A stretch of DNA of 64,000 nt from Candidatus Poribacteria bacterium (GCA_021162805.1 JAGGXZ010000185.1:3064-67063), one strand, 5' to 3'. Counted from the stretch's first letter, positions 29,404 to 40,870 are shown. Notes: generated by a model from the sequence alone, not told the origin. Made by a program: numbers and translations.

Positions 29404-29547
29404 TTCTTAAGCCCCCCGATCACATAAACCATCAAACACACCCCTATCTGCGCGGCGGTGCCCTTTGGGGGCGAGGGTTTTGTGCAGGCGGAGAGGGGTG
29501 GAAGGATAACCGCTAGTAAGGAGGTTTTGAAATTGTTTAACGTCACG

Positions 29548-30459
29548 ATGAAGCAGCTTCTGGAAGCAGGAATGCACTTCGGGCATCAGACCAGGCGTTG
29601 GAATCCGAAGATGGCCCGATACATCTTCACGGAGCGGAACGGCATCTACATCATCGATCTGCAAAAAACCCTCCGGATGATGAAGATCGCCTATGACTTC
29701 CTCCAAGAGCTGGCCGCCCAGGGCGGTAAGGTTCTCTTCGTCGGCACCAAGAAACAGGCCCAGGATTCGGTTAAGGAACAGGCCGAAAGGTGCGGGATGT
29801 ACTACGTCAATCAGAGATGGCTCGGAGGGATGTTGACCAACTTTCAAACCATTCGCAGAAGCATCGATAGATTGCTGGAGCTGGAACGAATGGAAGAGGA
29901 AGGGACCTTCGAGAAGCTCCCTAAGAAAGAGGTGGTTAAACTCCAGCGCGAGAAGGAGAAACTAGAGAGAAATCTGGGTGGCATCAAAACCATGGAAAAG
30001 CTTCCCGATGCCGTGCTGATCGTCGATACCCGAAGCGAGAGGATAGCCGTTGCCGAGGCCAACAAACTCGGCATTCCGATCGTCGCCGTGGTCGATACGA
30101 ACTGTGACCCGGATCTGATCGACTATCCTATACCCGGCAACGACGATGCGATACGATCGATCAGGCTTTTCTGTACGCTCATGGCCGATGCCATCCTGGA
30201 AGGCAAGGGTGAGCTGATGGAAGGGGAACTGGTGGAGGAAGGTGCTGAGACACCTGCTGAGGTCAAAGCTGAAACCGAAACGCCTGAACCTGAAGAAGAA
30301 ATGACAGGCGGGGAGGAAGCTGAGGAGGAGAAAACTGAAACTGAGGAGGTAGCCGAAGAATCGGTCGAGGAAGATCAAGGAGAGGACGTTCAGGAAGATG
30401 TTCAAGAGGAAGTCCAAGAAGAGGTCCAAGATCAAAACGACCAGGAGGAGGTAGCATAG
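29548..30459 (+). CDS. rpsB: 30S ribosomal protein S2 with about 85 aa acidic low-complexity C-terminal extension
   Basis: [22 protein letters not shown] canonical S2 N-terminus; SD aaggagg; tail [16 protein letters not shown]. Confidence 0.9.
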   Translation: MKQLLEAGMHFGHQTRRWNPKMARYIFTERNGIYIIDLQKTLRMMKIAYDFLQELAAQGGKVLFVGTKKQAQDSVKEQAERCGMYYVNQRWLGGMLTNFQTIRRSIDRLLELERMEEEGTFEKLPKKEVVKLQREKEKLERNLGGIKTMEKLPDAVLIVDTRSERIAVAEANKLGIPIVAVVDTNCDPDLIDYPIPGNDDAIRSIRLFCTLMADAILEGKGELMEGELVEEGAETPAEVKAETETPEPEEEMTGGEEAEEEKTETEEVAEESVEEDQGEDVQEDVQEEVQEEVQDQNDQEEVA

Positions 30460-31068
30460 ATGCAGGTCACCGCCGAAATGGTCAAATCCCTCAGGGAGAA
30501 AACTGGCGCTGGAATAATGGACTGCAAAAAGGCGCTCCAGGAGACAAACGGCGATATGGAAGCCGCCGTAGAATGGCTCAGACGCAAGGGGATAAGCACG
30601 TATGATAAGAGAAAACACAGAGCGGCTTCGGAAGGCGTCATAGCCTCCTATATTCACGCCGGTAGTAAGATCGGGGTGCTCCTGGAGCTTAACTGCGAGA
30701 CGGACTTCGTCGCCAGGACCGATATCTTCCAGCAACTGGCCAAGGACGTGGCGATGCAGATCGCCGCAACTGATCCCAAATACATCAGTAAGGAGGACGT
30801 TCCTCCCGAGGTGGTCGAGAGGGAAAAGGAGATCCTCCGTGAGCAGGCCCTCAACGAAGGCAGACCTGAGAGGGTGATCGATAGAATCGTTGAGGGAAGG
30901 CTCGAGAAGTTCTTCACCGAGGCCTGCCTGCTGGAGCAACCCTTCATCAAGGATGACAGCAAAACGGTTGGAGAACTGGTCAAAGAGGTCTCCGCCAAAG
31001 TAGGCGAAAACATCGTCGTCAGAAGATTCACCAGATATGTCCTCGGCCGATCGGATGACTCAGATTAA
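30460..31068 (+). CDS. tsf: Elongation factor Ts (short form)
   Basis: VKSLREKTGAGIMDCKKALQE UBA-like N-terminus; immediately follows rpsB stop. Confidence 0.85.
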   Translation: MQVTAEMVKSLREKTGAGIMDCKKALQETNGDMEAAVEWLRRKGISTYDKRKHRAASEGVIASYIHAGSKIGVLLELNCETDFVARTDIFQQLAKDVAMQIAATDPKYISKEDVPPEVVEREKEILREQALNEGRPERVIDRIVEGRLEKFFTEACLLEQPFIKDDSKTVGELVKEVSAKVGENIVVRRFTRYVLGRSDDSD

Positions 31069-31780
31069 ACCCGTCTACAAGAGGGTGATATTGGAGCTGA
31101 GCGGTGAGATGTTTCGGGGGGAGCCTCCCGGGGGAGAACCGATAGATTTCTCCTTCCTGGGGGGGCTCTCCCGAAAGCTGATTCAGATCCGGAATATGGG
31201 CGTTCAGCTCGGAGTGGTCGTCGGCGGCGGGAACATCTGGCGCGGAGCGGAGCACGGAGAGCTGGATCGGGTCACATCCGATCAGATCGGGATGCTCGCC
31301 ACCGTCATCAACGCTCTTACCCTTGGCGGGATGCTCAGGAAGTTGGGTTGTAGCGCTTTTGTCTTCAGCGCCATCAGCATAAACAGGGTGGCCGAGAGCC
31401 CCTCGCATCTGGAGCTGATGAAAAGGATGGAACGAGGTGAGATCGTCATCTTCGCCGGCGGCACCGGAAACCCCTTTTTCACCACGGACACTGGCGCTGT
31501 TCTCAGGGCGTTGGAGGTGAAAGCTGACGCCGTGCTTAAAGGCACAAAGGTCGATGGCTTATATTCAGACGATCCTTTCGAAAACCCAAATGCCGTCAGA
31601 TACTCTGAACTGACCTGCGATGATGCGCTGAATTTGAAAGCCGGCGTCATGGATCTGACAGCGTTCGCTCTCTGCAGGGGCAAGGAGCTTGAAATAGTGA
31701 TCTTCAAGCTTCTTCCTCTCGATAACATGATCGAAGTCATCCTTGGACATCCCATAGGAACCAGAATAAGGGGGAAATAA
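31055..31780 (+). CDS. pyrH: UMP kinase
   Basis: [12 protein letters not shown] ... [11 protein letters not shown] motifs. Confidence 0.85.
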   Translation: MTQIKPVYKRVILELSGEMFRGEPPGGEPIDFSFLGGLSRKLIQIRNMGVQLGVVVGGGNIWRGAEHGELDRVTSDQIGMLATVINALTLGGMLRKLGCSAFVFSAISINRVAESPSHLELMKRMERGEIVIFAGGTGNPFFTTDTGAVLRALEVKADAVLKGTKVDGLYSDDPFENPNAVRYSELTCDDALNLKAGVMDLTAFALCRGKELEIVIFKLLPLDNMIEVILGHPIGTRIRGK

Positions 31781-31781
31781 A

Positions 31782-32354
31782 ATGGCTGACGAGAGAAGTT
31801 TGAAGGCTCTGCTTAAAGATACTGAAGCGAGGATGAAGAAGGCAGTTGAGGCAACCTCCAAGGAGTTCGCCACCATAAGGGCCGGAAGGGCCTCGCCGAC
31901 CATGCTCGAGGGGATTCAGGTCGATTACTACGGAAGCAGATTACCCGTCAATCAACTTGCAACCATCTCCATCCCCGAGCCGCGCGTGATATTGATCCAA
32001 CCCTGGGATAAAAACGCCATTAAAGATATCGAGAAGGCGATATCTCAATCCGATCTCGGATTTAACGTGCTGAGCGATAAGAACGTCATAAGGTTGGTTC
32101 TCCCTGAGGTCACCGAGGAGAGAAGAAAGGAGCTGGTCAAGGTCGTTCGCAGGATCGCCGAGGAGGGCAGAGTGGCCGTTCGTAACATCAGGCGGGACGC
32201 TATAGAGAAGCTGAGGAAGATGGAAAAAGACGGTGAGATCTCCGAGGACGATAGCAGAAGATATCAAAACGAGGTGCAGAAACTCACCGATAAATACGTC
32301 GATCAGATCAACGAACACTTGGAGAACAAGGAGAAGGAGTTACTTGAAGTCTGA
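31782..32354 (+). CDS. frr: Ribosome recycling factor
   Basis: Canonical RRF sequence ([14 protein letters not shown]...). Confidence 0.9.
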   Translation: MADERSLKALLKDTEARMKKAVEATSKEFATIRAGRASPTMLEGIQVDYYGSRLPVNQLATISIPEPRVILIQPWDKNAIKDIEKAISQSDLGFNVLSDKNVIRLVLPEVTEERRKELVKVVRRIAEEGRVAVRNIRRDAIEKLRKMEKDGEISEDDSRRYQNEVQKLTDKYVDQINEHLENKEKELLEV

Positions 32355-33105
32355 AAGGGATCTGAGCGAACTTTCGGTCGAGGAGCTGAAAGCTCTTCTC
32401 GACCCCGACAACCTTCCCAGGCATATCGCCATCATAATGGACGGCAACGGCAGGTGGGCTCAGAAACGCCACCTGCCGAGAACTGAAGGACATAAGGCCG
32501 CTGTTCAGTCCGTCAGGGATGTTGTCGAGATATGCGGTGAGATCGGAATAGAGGCGCTCACGCTCTATTCCTTCTCGACCGAAAACTGGAAACGCCCCAG
32601 ATCTGAGATCAGGGTGTTGATGGCCATTCTTAGAGAGCAGCTCAGGAGGGAGAGGAGGGAACTCGACCGCAATAACGTTCAGGTCAGAGCTATAGGCGAT
32701 ATAGAGAATCTGCCCCCCGATGTGCTGGACGAGCTTGAAAAGACGATCGAACAAACCAAGGATAACACGGGGTTGAAGCTGGTCCTGGCCCTCAATTACG
32801 GCGGGAGAAAGGAGATCACGCGCGCCGCCAGGATGATAGCCGATAAGGTCAAATCGGGCCGGCTGAGCCCCGATGAGATCGATGAGGATCTCATCTCAGA
32901 TCATCTCTACACCTCCGACCTTCCGGATCCCGATCTGCTCATAAGGACGAGCGGTGAGATGCGGGTGAGCAATTTTCTGCTCTGGCAGATCGCATATACG
33001 GAGCTCTACATAACGCCGGTGTTGTGGCCCGATTTCCGGAAGCGGCATCTGCTTGAGGCGGTAATAGATTATCAGAGACGTGAAAGGAGATTCGGTGGTA
33101 TCTGA
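32342..33105 (+). CDS. uppS: Undecaprenyl-diphosphate synthase (isoprenyl transferase); start codon uncertain (TTG overlapping frr stop proposed)
   Basis: [13 protein letters not shown], ...[11 protein letters not shown] motifs. Confidence 0.75.
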
Positions 33106-33893
33106 TGCTTAGAAGAATCCTGAGTGCTTTCCTGTTCGTTCCGATCATCCTCGCTTTATCCCTTCATCCGATTTCGTTTACGGCCCTTTCGTGTGTCATA
33201 ACCGTTATGATCTATCTGGAGTTTGTAAGGATAGGTCGAAACCTGGGGGTATGGTTTCCAGAACCCATTGGTGTGTTGACCGTGGGGATAATGCCGATAC
33301 TGGCCTATCTCAGTCTGAACCCTATGCCCTTCCTGATCGGGGCGATCCTGTTGATCTCTCTTTTCAATGTGGTCCATCGAAAGGGTGAAGGAGCTCTGCT
33401 TTCGCTTTCCTCTGCCGTTTTCGGCCTCATATACATCGGCTGGATGTATGGGTTTCACCTGGTGGAGCTCAGGATGATGGATGAAGGGCTGAAACTCATA
33501 TTGTTGCTTTTGGCCGTGATATGGCTGGGGGACACGGGAGCGTATTTCACTGGCAGGGCGATCGGCAGACATAAGCTCATCCCTGCCGTTAGCCCTGGCA
33601 AGACGATCGAGGGATCGATAGGCGGTCTGATATGGGGGATGGGAGGGGCAGTGGCGGTTAAATACATCTTCAACTTAGACCTGCTGTCGCTTCCCCATCT
33701 TATCTCTCTCAGCTTGGTGATGGGGATAACAGGGCAGATAGGGGATCTGACGGAATCCATCATAAAGAGAAACGCGGGGATAAAGGATTCGGGAAACCTC
33801 ATTCCGGGACACGGCGGCATGTTCGATCGATGCGACAGCATGATCCCGGCCGTTCCCGTTATGATTATCTACCTGAGGATGTTTCAAGCATGA
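33105..33893 (+). CDS. cdsA: Phosphatidate cytidylyltransferase
   Basis: LGDTGAYFTGRAIGRHKL...PGKTIEGSIGG motif; ATGA overlap with uppS stop. Confidence 0.8.
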   Translation: MLRRILSAFLFVPIILALSLHPISFTALSCVITVMIYLEFVRIGRNLGVWFPEPIGVLTVGIMPILAYLSLNPMPFLIGAILLISLFNVVHRKGEGALLSLSSAVFGLIYIGWMYGFHLVELRMMDEGLKLILLLLAVIWLGDTGAYFTGRAIGRHKLIPAVSPGKTIEGSIGGLIWGMGGAVAVKYIFNLDLLSLPHLISLSLVMGITGQIGDLTESIIKRNAGIKDSGNLIPGHGGMFDRCDSMIPAVPVMIIYLRMFQA

Positions 33894-34741
33894 GCGTTAT
33901 GATGAAAACCTTTCATAAGATCTATATCGGCAACTCCCGAAAAATGACGGAAGTTCCTGATCAATTCGTTCACTGTGTGGTAACCAGTCCACCCTACGTA
34001 ACTACCAAGATGGAAAAGGGGCAGGAGTTCGATTATAACTCATATCGGGATATGATCCGCGATGTCTTTCAGGAGGTATGGCGAGTTCTGATACCAGATG
34101 GGCGATTTTGTCTCAATGTAGCCGACATCCGGACGAAATATTTCTATAAGGAAAATAATCTCTATCGAGCGCCTATATCCAGTGACCTCCTGATGCTCTG
34201 TCACGAGATCGGATTTCGGCTGCTCGATGTCTTCATCTGGGATAAGGGATTTAACCGGAACTTCGGCGGACCGCTTTTAGGTTCTTATCTCTATCCGGCT
34301 ACAATCTATAATAACGTCTACTTTGAATATATCTTCATCTTGAAAAAGCCCGGCAAACGTCAGGTTGATCCGGCAATTAAAGAGGCCAGCAGGATTGACA
34401 AGCACACCTGGAAGGAGTATGTTCAGCGCATCTGGCGCGTGGAAACGGAGACGGAATGGTTTGAAGGTCACGAGGCGGTTTTCCCTGAGGAGATACCCAG
34501 AAGGCTAATTCGCATGTATTCCTTCGTGGGCGATACGATCCTTGACCCTTTCCTGGGATCGGGGACGACGACGCTAGCTGCTATGAACTTAGGTCGTAAC
34601 AGCATAGGTTATGAAATCAACGAAAAGCTGATACCGGTGATCAAAAGAAGATTAGGAATAGATCAACCCCTTTTGATAACCGGAGGAGCTGAGATCGAGA
34701 TTACATTTGCGAGATATCGAGACCGCGAGGTTATGGAGTGA
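33890..34741 (+). CDS. DNA methyltransferase, N4-cytosine/N6-adenine (beta-class, PF01555-like)
   Basis: VVTSPPY motif IV near N-terminus, FxGxG-like motif near C-terminus (DPFLGSGTT); start overlaps cdsA stop (ATGA). Confidence 0.7.
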   Translation: MSVMMKTFHKIYIGNSRKMTEVPDQFVHCVVTSPPYVTTKMEKGQEFDYNSYRDMIRDVFQEVWRVLIPDGRFCLNVADIRTKYFYKENNLYRAPISSDLLMLCHEIGFRLLDVFIWDKGFNRNFGGPLLGSYLYPATIYNNVYFEYIFILKKPGKRQVDPAIKEASRIDKHTWKEYVQRIWRVETETEWFEGHEAVFPEEIPRRLIRMYSFVGDTILDPFLGSGTTTLAAMNLGRNSIGYEINEKLIPVIKRRLGIDQPLLITGGAEIEITFARYRDREVME

Positions 34742-34745
34742 TTCC

Positions 34746-35594
34746 ATGTCAGATCGAATAACGTTGGAAGAATTGCTTGAGCAGATCGAGCGAATCCCCG
34801 CAGAGTGGTTAAACGACATAGGACGCAAGGTTATCGATGCCATTCCTAAAATAATCGGACGAATAAACCGTTCTCCGTTGGACCAATCGACTATTACGAC
34901 GCTATTAGAGGAAGAGACTTACGCATTGGATGTCTTTCGACTATTCTTGGATCTCTCTCAGGACGCCATCGCTAATGAGATTAACGCCAGGGGGATCAGA
35001 GGAGACTTCGCCTCAATCCGAAGCAAATGTAGCCGTCATGCTGACGAGATCGCAGAAGCACTCGTAGCCTTGGGATTGATAGACACGATAGAAGCCCATC
35101 GAGCTCGCGATTGGAAACTGCAAGATATTTTACTGGAACGCTATAAACACATGCGCGGCCATGCTATTCGTGGCCAACGGCGAGGCGCTGCCATTGAAGA
35201 TGCTGTAGAGGATATTCTTAAGGGTCTCCAACATGAGATCGGTATATCTTATGACTCCAAAGCGAATTTCATCAGTAGATTCGGCGAAGAGGCTAAAGCT
35301 GATTTTATGATTCCCTCTCGTTTTGAACCTCAAATCATAATTGAAGTAAAAGGGTATGAAGCAACGGGTAGCAAGCTTACCGACGTGCTTGGGGATATCC
35401 TCAAGATATTGAAGGCTAAAGATCCGGAAACGCATTTCTTCCTCGTGACTGACGGAATCGGGTGGTATCGACAATTAAGCGACCTGCGTCACATCGTAGC
35501 GTATCATCATAGTGGAGAAATTGAGATGATCTACACGAGAAAAACGCTTTTAAATTTGAAAGATAGAATCAGACAGATTATCAAAGGGGAATGA
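34746..35594 (+). CDS. Putative type II restriction endonuclease (PD-(D/E)XK nuclease) partner of the methyltransferase
   Basis: C-terminal ADFMIPSRFEPQIIIEVKG fits D-Xn-E-V-K; positioned directly after MTase, stop overlaps dxr ATG. Confidence 0.4.
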   Translation: MSDRITLEELLEQIERIPAEWLNDIGRKVIDAIPKIIGRINRSPLDQSTITTLLEEETYALDVFRLFLDLSQDAIANEINARGIRGDFASIRSKCSRHADEIAEALVALGLIDTIEAHRARDWKLQDILLERYKHMRGHAIRGQRRGAAIEDAVEDILKGLQHEIGISYDSKANFISRFGEEAKADFMIPSRFEPQIIIEVKGYEATGSKLTDVLGDILKILKAKDPETHFFLVTDGIGWYRQLSDLRHIVAYHHSGEIEMIYTRKTLLNLKDRIRQIIKGE

Positions 35595-36745
35595 AGGGAA
35601 TCGCCATTTTAGGTTCAACGGGATCAATTGGGAGAAACGCCCTTCAGGTGATCGAGTCGCTTCCGGACGAGTTAAAAGCGGTTGGGCTTGCCGCCAGACG
35701 CAGTGTGGAGACGATAACCGAACAGGCTCTGAGGTTCCAGGTCAAGGCGATCGCTCTTTCAGATGAAGCGGCGGCTCAAAGGGCGTCTCAGATGCTGGAG
35801 GGGACAGGCATTAAAGTATTCAGCGGACAAGAAGGCGTTTTAAGGATAGCGGTGATGGATGAGGCCGATATGGTGGTCTCATCCATGGTCGGCATCTCAG
35901 GTTTATTGCCGACGCTTGAGGCCATCCGCAACGGTAAGGACGTCGCCTTCGCCAATAAGGAGGTATTGGTGGCTGGAGGTGAGATCGTCATGAGGGAAAT
36001 CGAGAGATACGGCGTTAACTTTCTTCCCGTCGATAGCGAGATAAGCGCCATATTCCAATGCCTACAGGGTAGATCGAGGGATGAGGTCAAAAGGTTGATC
36101 CTCACCGCATCAGGAGGTCCGTTCAAAGGGTTTTCACCACGCGAGCTTGAAGGTGTAACCGTCTCACAGGCTCTCAGACATCCAAACTGGAGGATGGGAT
36201 CTAAGGTCACGATAGATTCAGCCACGCTGATGAACAAGGGATTTGAGGTGATCGAATCGATGTGGCTGTTCGGGATGGAGCTTGAGAGGATAGATGTGGT
36301 CGTGCATCCCCAAAGCATCGTCCACTCGATGGTCGAACTCGTGGACGGCTCCATCATAGCCCAGCTGGGCGTACCCGACATGCGAACTCCGATCCAATAT
36401 GCCCTCACCTATCCCAGAAGAACGCCTGCCCCTGACAGATATCTGAACCTGGTGGAGGTGGGAACTTTGACGTTTGAGCCCGTGGATATGAAGGCATTCC
36501 CGTGTCTGGGATATGCATACGAGGCGGCGAGGATAGGCGGCAGCATGCCGGCCGTCATGAGCGCTGCCGATGAGGTGGCGGTCGCCGCCTTCATAGACGG
36601 AAGGATCAAATTCACCGATATACCGAAGCTCATAAAGAGGGTCATGGATGCCCATGAACCTGTTTTCTCCCCGTCGCTCGATGACCTCCTGGAGGCGGAT
36701 AGATGGGGGAGGGAGACGGCGGAGAAGATAATCGAGGAGGGATGA
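35591..36745 (+). CDS. dxr: 1-deoxy-D-xylulose-5-phosphate reductoisomerase
   Basis: MKGIAILGSTGSIGRNALQVI canonical N-terminus. Confidence 0.9.
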   Translation: MKGIAILGSTGSIGRNALQVIESLPDELKAVGLAARRSVETITEQALRFQVKAIALSDEAAAQRASQMLEGTGIKVFSGQEGVLRIAVMDEADMVVSSMVGISGLLPTLEAIRNGKDVAFANKEVLVAGGEIVMREIERYGVNFLPVDSEISAIFQCLQGRSRDEVKRLILTASGGPFKGFSPRELEGVTVSQALRHPNWRMGSKVTIDSATLMNKGFEVIESMWLFGMELERIDVVVHPQSIVHSMVELVDGSIIAQLGVPDMRTPIQYALTYPRRTPAPDRYLNLVEVGTLTFEPVDMKAFPCLGYAYEAARIGGSMPAVMSAADEVAVAAFIDGRIKFTDIPKLIKRVMDAHEPVFSPSLDDLLEADRWGRETAEKIIEEG

Positions 36746-36751
36746 GAGAGG

Positions 36752-38077
36752 ATGGTATGGCTTTCTAACCTTTACGTATTCGTCGTGGCCGTTATATCGC
36801 TCGGGTTCATAATCTTCATCCATGAGCTCGGCCACTTTATAGCCGCCAAGCGATCGGGCGTTAAGGTCGAGAGGTTCTCGCTCGGATTCGGCCCGAGGCT
36901 GTTTGGATTGGTAAGGGATGGGACAGACTATTGCATCTCGCTTCTGCCTTTCGGCGGATACGTCAAGATGAAGGGCGAAGGGCCGGGCAAGGACATGAAG
37001 GTGAACGAGGATCCGGATTCCTTCGCGGCAGCCTCCATCGGTAAACGCATGTTCATAGCCATCTCCGGACCGGCCATGAACGTGCTGCTCGGGATATTGG
37101 CCTTTTCGCTCGTCTATATGATCGGCATGCCTCAGACGAACCAGAGCACGCAGATAGGATACGTCCTACCTGATTCCCCGGCCGAAAAAGCAGGGCTTAG
37201 ACCCGGGGATGTGATACTCGCCATAAATGGCGAGAAAACCTCAAGCTGGGATGAAGTCAGGGAGAATATCCTCGTCCATCCAGGGGAGGAGATAACTTTA
37301 AAGGTGCGCCGTGGGGAAAAAGTGCTCACCCTCAGGGCTGTCCCAGAGGAGTTTAAGCAGGAGAAGATGGGCAAGGTGGGTAAATTGGGGATCGTCCAGG
37401 TGATAGATCCGGTCGTCCGAAAGGTTCAGCCTGGAAGCCCCGCCTCCGAGCTCGGCATCCGGCCCGGAGACAGGATCATCTCCGTCAACGGAAGGCCTAT
37501 CACACATTTCATGGAGATCATCACTGAGGCCGAGAGAAACCCAAGTGAACCGATCAGGCTCGGGGTTGAGCGAGATGGAAGGAGGTTCACCGTAAGCCTG
37601 AAGCTGGAATTCGACGAGAACGGAGAGGTAAAGGATCTGGGAGGGATGTTCTTCGGAAGCGAGATCAAGCTGATCAGATATGATCCCATACGTGCGATCG
37701 GCGCGGGGATCAAACAGAGCGTCCTGACGGTGGATAAAACACTTGTCGTGCTGAAAAAACTTATACTACATGAGATCTCACCCAGATATGTAAGCGGTCC
37801 GCTTGGGATCATCGAGATAACCGCCAGCGTTTTCAGAGTTGGGTTTTCAGGATTCCTCTTCGTATTGGGATTCATAAGCATCAACATCGCCATCATTAAC
37901 CTCCTCCCTATCCCCATAGCCGACGGCGGACAGATCCTCTTCTTCGCCGTTGAGAAGGTGAGAGGCAAACCGCTCAGCCCCAAGAAGCAGCTCATCATAC
38001 AGCAGGCCAGCATATTGTTCCTTATAATCCTGTTCATCCTCGTCACGTGGAACGACATCCTCAGGATGATAAGCTGA
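36752..38077 (+). CDS. rseP: RIP metalloprotease RseP (site-2 protease) with PDZ domains
   Basis: HELGHFIAAK zinc motif, two PDZ-like segments, C-terminal LDG motif region. Confidence 0.85.
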   Translation: MVWLSNLYVFVVAVISLGFIIFIHELGHFIAAKRSGVKVERFSLGFGPRLFGLVRDGTDYCISLLPFGGYVKMKGEGPGKDMKVNEDPDSFAAASIGKRMFIAISGPAMNVLLGILAFSLVYMIGMPQTNQSTQIGYVLPDSPAEKAGLRPGDVILAINGEKTSSWDEVRENILVHPGEEITLKVRRGEKVLTLRAVPEEFKQEKMGKVGKLGIVQVIDPVVRKVQPGSPASELGIRPGDRIISVNGRPITHFMEIITEAERNPSEPIRLGVERDGRRFTVSLKLEFDENGEVKDLGGMFFGSEIKLIRYDPIRAIGAGIKQSVLTVDKTLVVLKKLILHEISPRYVSGPLGIIEITASVFRVGFSGFLFVLGFISINIAIINLLPIPIADGGQILFFAVEKVRGKPLSPKKQLIIQQASILFLIILFILVTWNDILRMIS

Positions 38078-38255
38078 GCCCATCCCTGTTGTTTGAAAGG
38101 CCTTCCGCTCCCCGCGGAGAAACTGACCGATTTTCAGGAGAGGGAGACCCCTGAAGGGCGGTTCTTGAAAGGCGATGAGTCGCTCCCCATAAGCAATTGA
38201 ATCCAGAGATCAGGTGTGTTAAACTTTAATCGAATTCACCGGAAGGAGGAACAGG

Positions 38256-39023
38256 ATGAAGCTCGGTATCGTCACGTATAACATAGCCAAAGATTGGGAT
38301 CTGGAGACGATCCTGAAGGTCTGTCAGACCGTTGGGTTGGAAGGGGTAGAGTTGAGGACTACCCACGCTCATGGCGTCGAGGTGACGTTGTCCTCCGAGG
38401 AACGACGGAAGGTCAGGAAGATGTTCGAGGATTCGCCAGTGGAGCTGGCCGGGTTGGGAAGCGCTTTCGAATATCATTCGCCCGATCCGGATGAGTTGAA
38501 ACGGAACATCGAGGGGACAAAGGAATATGTCAAGCTCGCCGCCGATGTCGGGGCGCCGGGCGTGAAGGTCAGACCGAACAATCTGCCCGATGGCGTGCCG
38601 ATCGAGAAAACTCTGGAACAGATCGGCCTTGCTCTGAGGGAAGTGGGGGAATTCGCCGCCGATTACGGCGTTCAGATAAGACTCGAGGTTCACGGAAGAG
38701 GTACCTCCCATATCCCCTATATAAGAAGGATACTCGACGTGGCGGATCACGATAACGTGCTTGTATGCTGGAACTCAAACAGAACCGATATCGCCGAGGA
38801 TGGAACTATAAAGCCGAACTTCGATCTGGTAAAGGGTAGGATCGGTCTGGTGCATATAAACGAGCTTTACTCCGATTATCCGTGGAAGGAACTGTTCAAG
38901 CTGCTCAAGGAATCAGGGTATCAGGGATTTACCCTGGCGGAGATACCGGGATGTCCGGATGTGGATAGCGCTATCAGGCTGTTGAGGTATTACAAAGCTC
39001 TGTGGCAGGAACTTCAGGAATAG
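38256..39023 (+). CDS. Sugar phosphate isomerase/epimerase (xylose-isomerase-like TIM barrel)
   Basis: MKLGIVTYNIAKDWDLETILKVCQTVGLEGVEL; RBS ggaaggagg. Confidence 0.6.
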   Translation: MKLGIVTYNIAKDWDLETILKVCQTVGLEGVELRTTHAHGVEVTLSSEERRKVRKMFEDSPVELAGLGSAFEYHSPDPDELKRNIEGTKEYVKLAADVGAPGVKVRPNNLPDGVPIEKTLEQIGLALREVGEFAADYGVQIRLEVHGRGTSHIPYIRRILDVADHDNVLVCWNSNRTDIAEDGTIKPNFDLVKGRIGLVHINELYSDYPWKELFKLLKESGYQGFTLAEIPGCPDVDSAIRLLRYYKALWQELQE

Positions 39024-39101
39024 GAGATAGAGAGGAGCCAGGAGCTAGCTGTAACTCCGAATTTCTTTTGTTCCTGGTTCCTCTCCCCTCGTTACCATCG
39101 A

Positions 39102-40526
<1,425 letters not shown>

Positions 40527-40641
40527 TTCAACCTACCTCCTCGCTTAAATCTCCGATATCAACATCAATTTCTATTTACGAACTTCACGTTCGACCGGTT
40601 GACCATACCTTTAGAATACGCTCATATTATCGCTAAGTTAA

Positions 40642-40870
40642 GTGTAGCAGAGATCTGAGAGGTCAGAAGTGCTTATTTCTCAGGGCAAAAAGGAACAAGG
40701 AACTAGGAGCGAGGAACGAGGATTTTCATCTCCTCGTTCCTAGTTCCTTTCTCCTCGTTCCTCCTCATGGATAACCGCTACACCCAGGGAAATAAGAGCG
40801 AATTGCTTAACTCTCACTTACGCCCTACGCAGTACGTCTCTTTCCTCTCCTTGTCACCCTGTCTCCCCTA
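40642..40870. repeat. Modular intergenic repeat copy A (GTGTAGCAGAGATCTGAGAGGTCAGAA ... imperfect hairpin GGAACTAGGAGCGAGGAACGAGGA/TCCTCGTTCCTAGTTCC ... CTCCTCGTTCCTCCTCATGGATAACCGCTACAC ... CT-rich tail GTCTCTTTCCTCTCCTTGTCACCCTGTCTCCCC)
   Basis: Blocks of 25-35 nt identical to copy at 56185..56377; lies between hsp20 3' end and htrA 5' end. Confidence 0.45.

Noticed and set aside
29962-30939. 325-aa ORF on minus strand antisense to rpsB tail and tsf
   Set aside because: It lies opposite two of the most conserved genes in bacteria. Its composition is low-complexity Leu/Phe-rich mirror of the acidic repeat, and it has no RBS, so it is an antisense artefact.
36218-36835. 205-aa and 206-aa minus-strand ORFs antisense to dxr
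   Set aside because: They lie opposite a highly conserved gene with canonical motifs and have Ser/Pro-rich composition.
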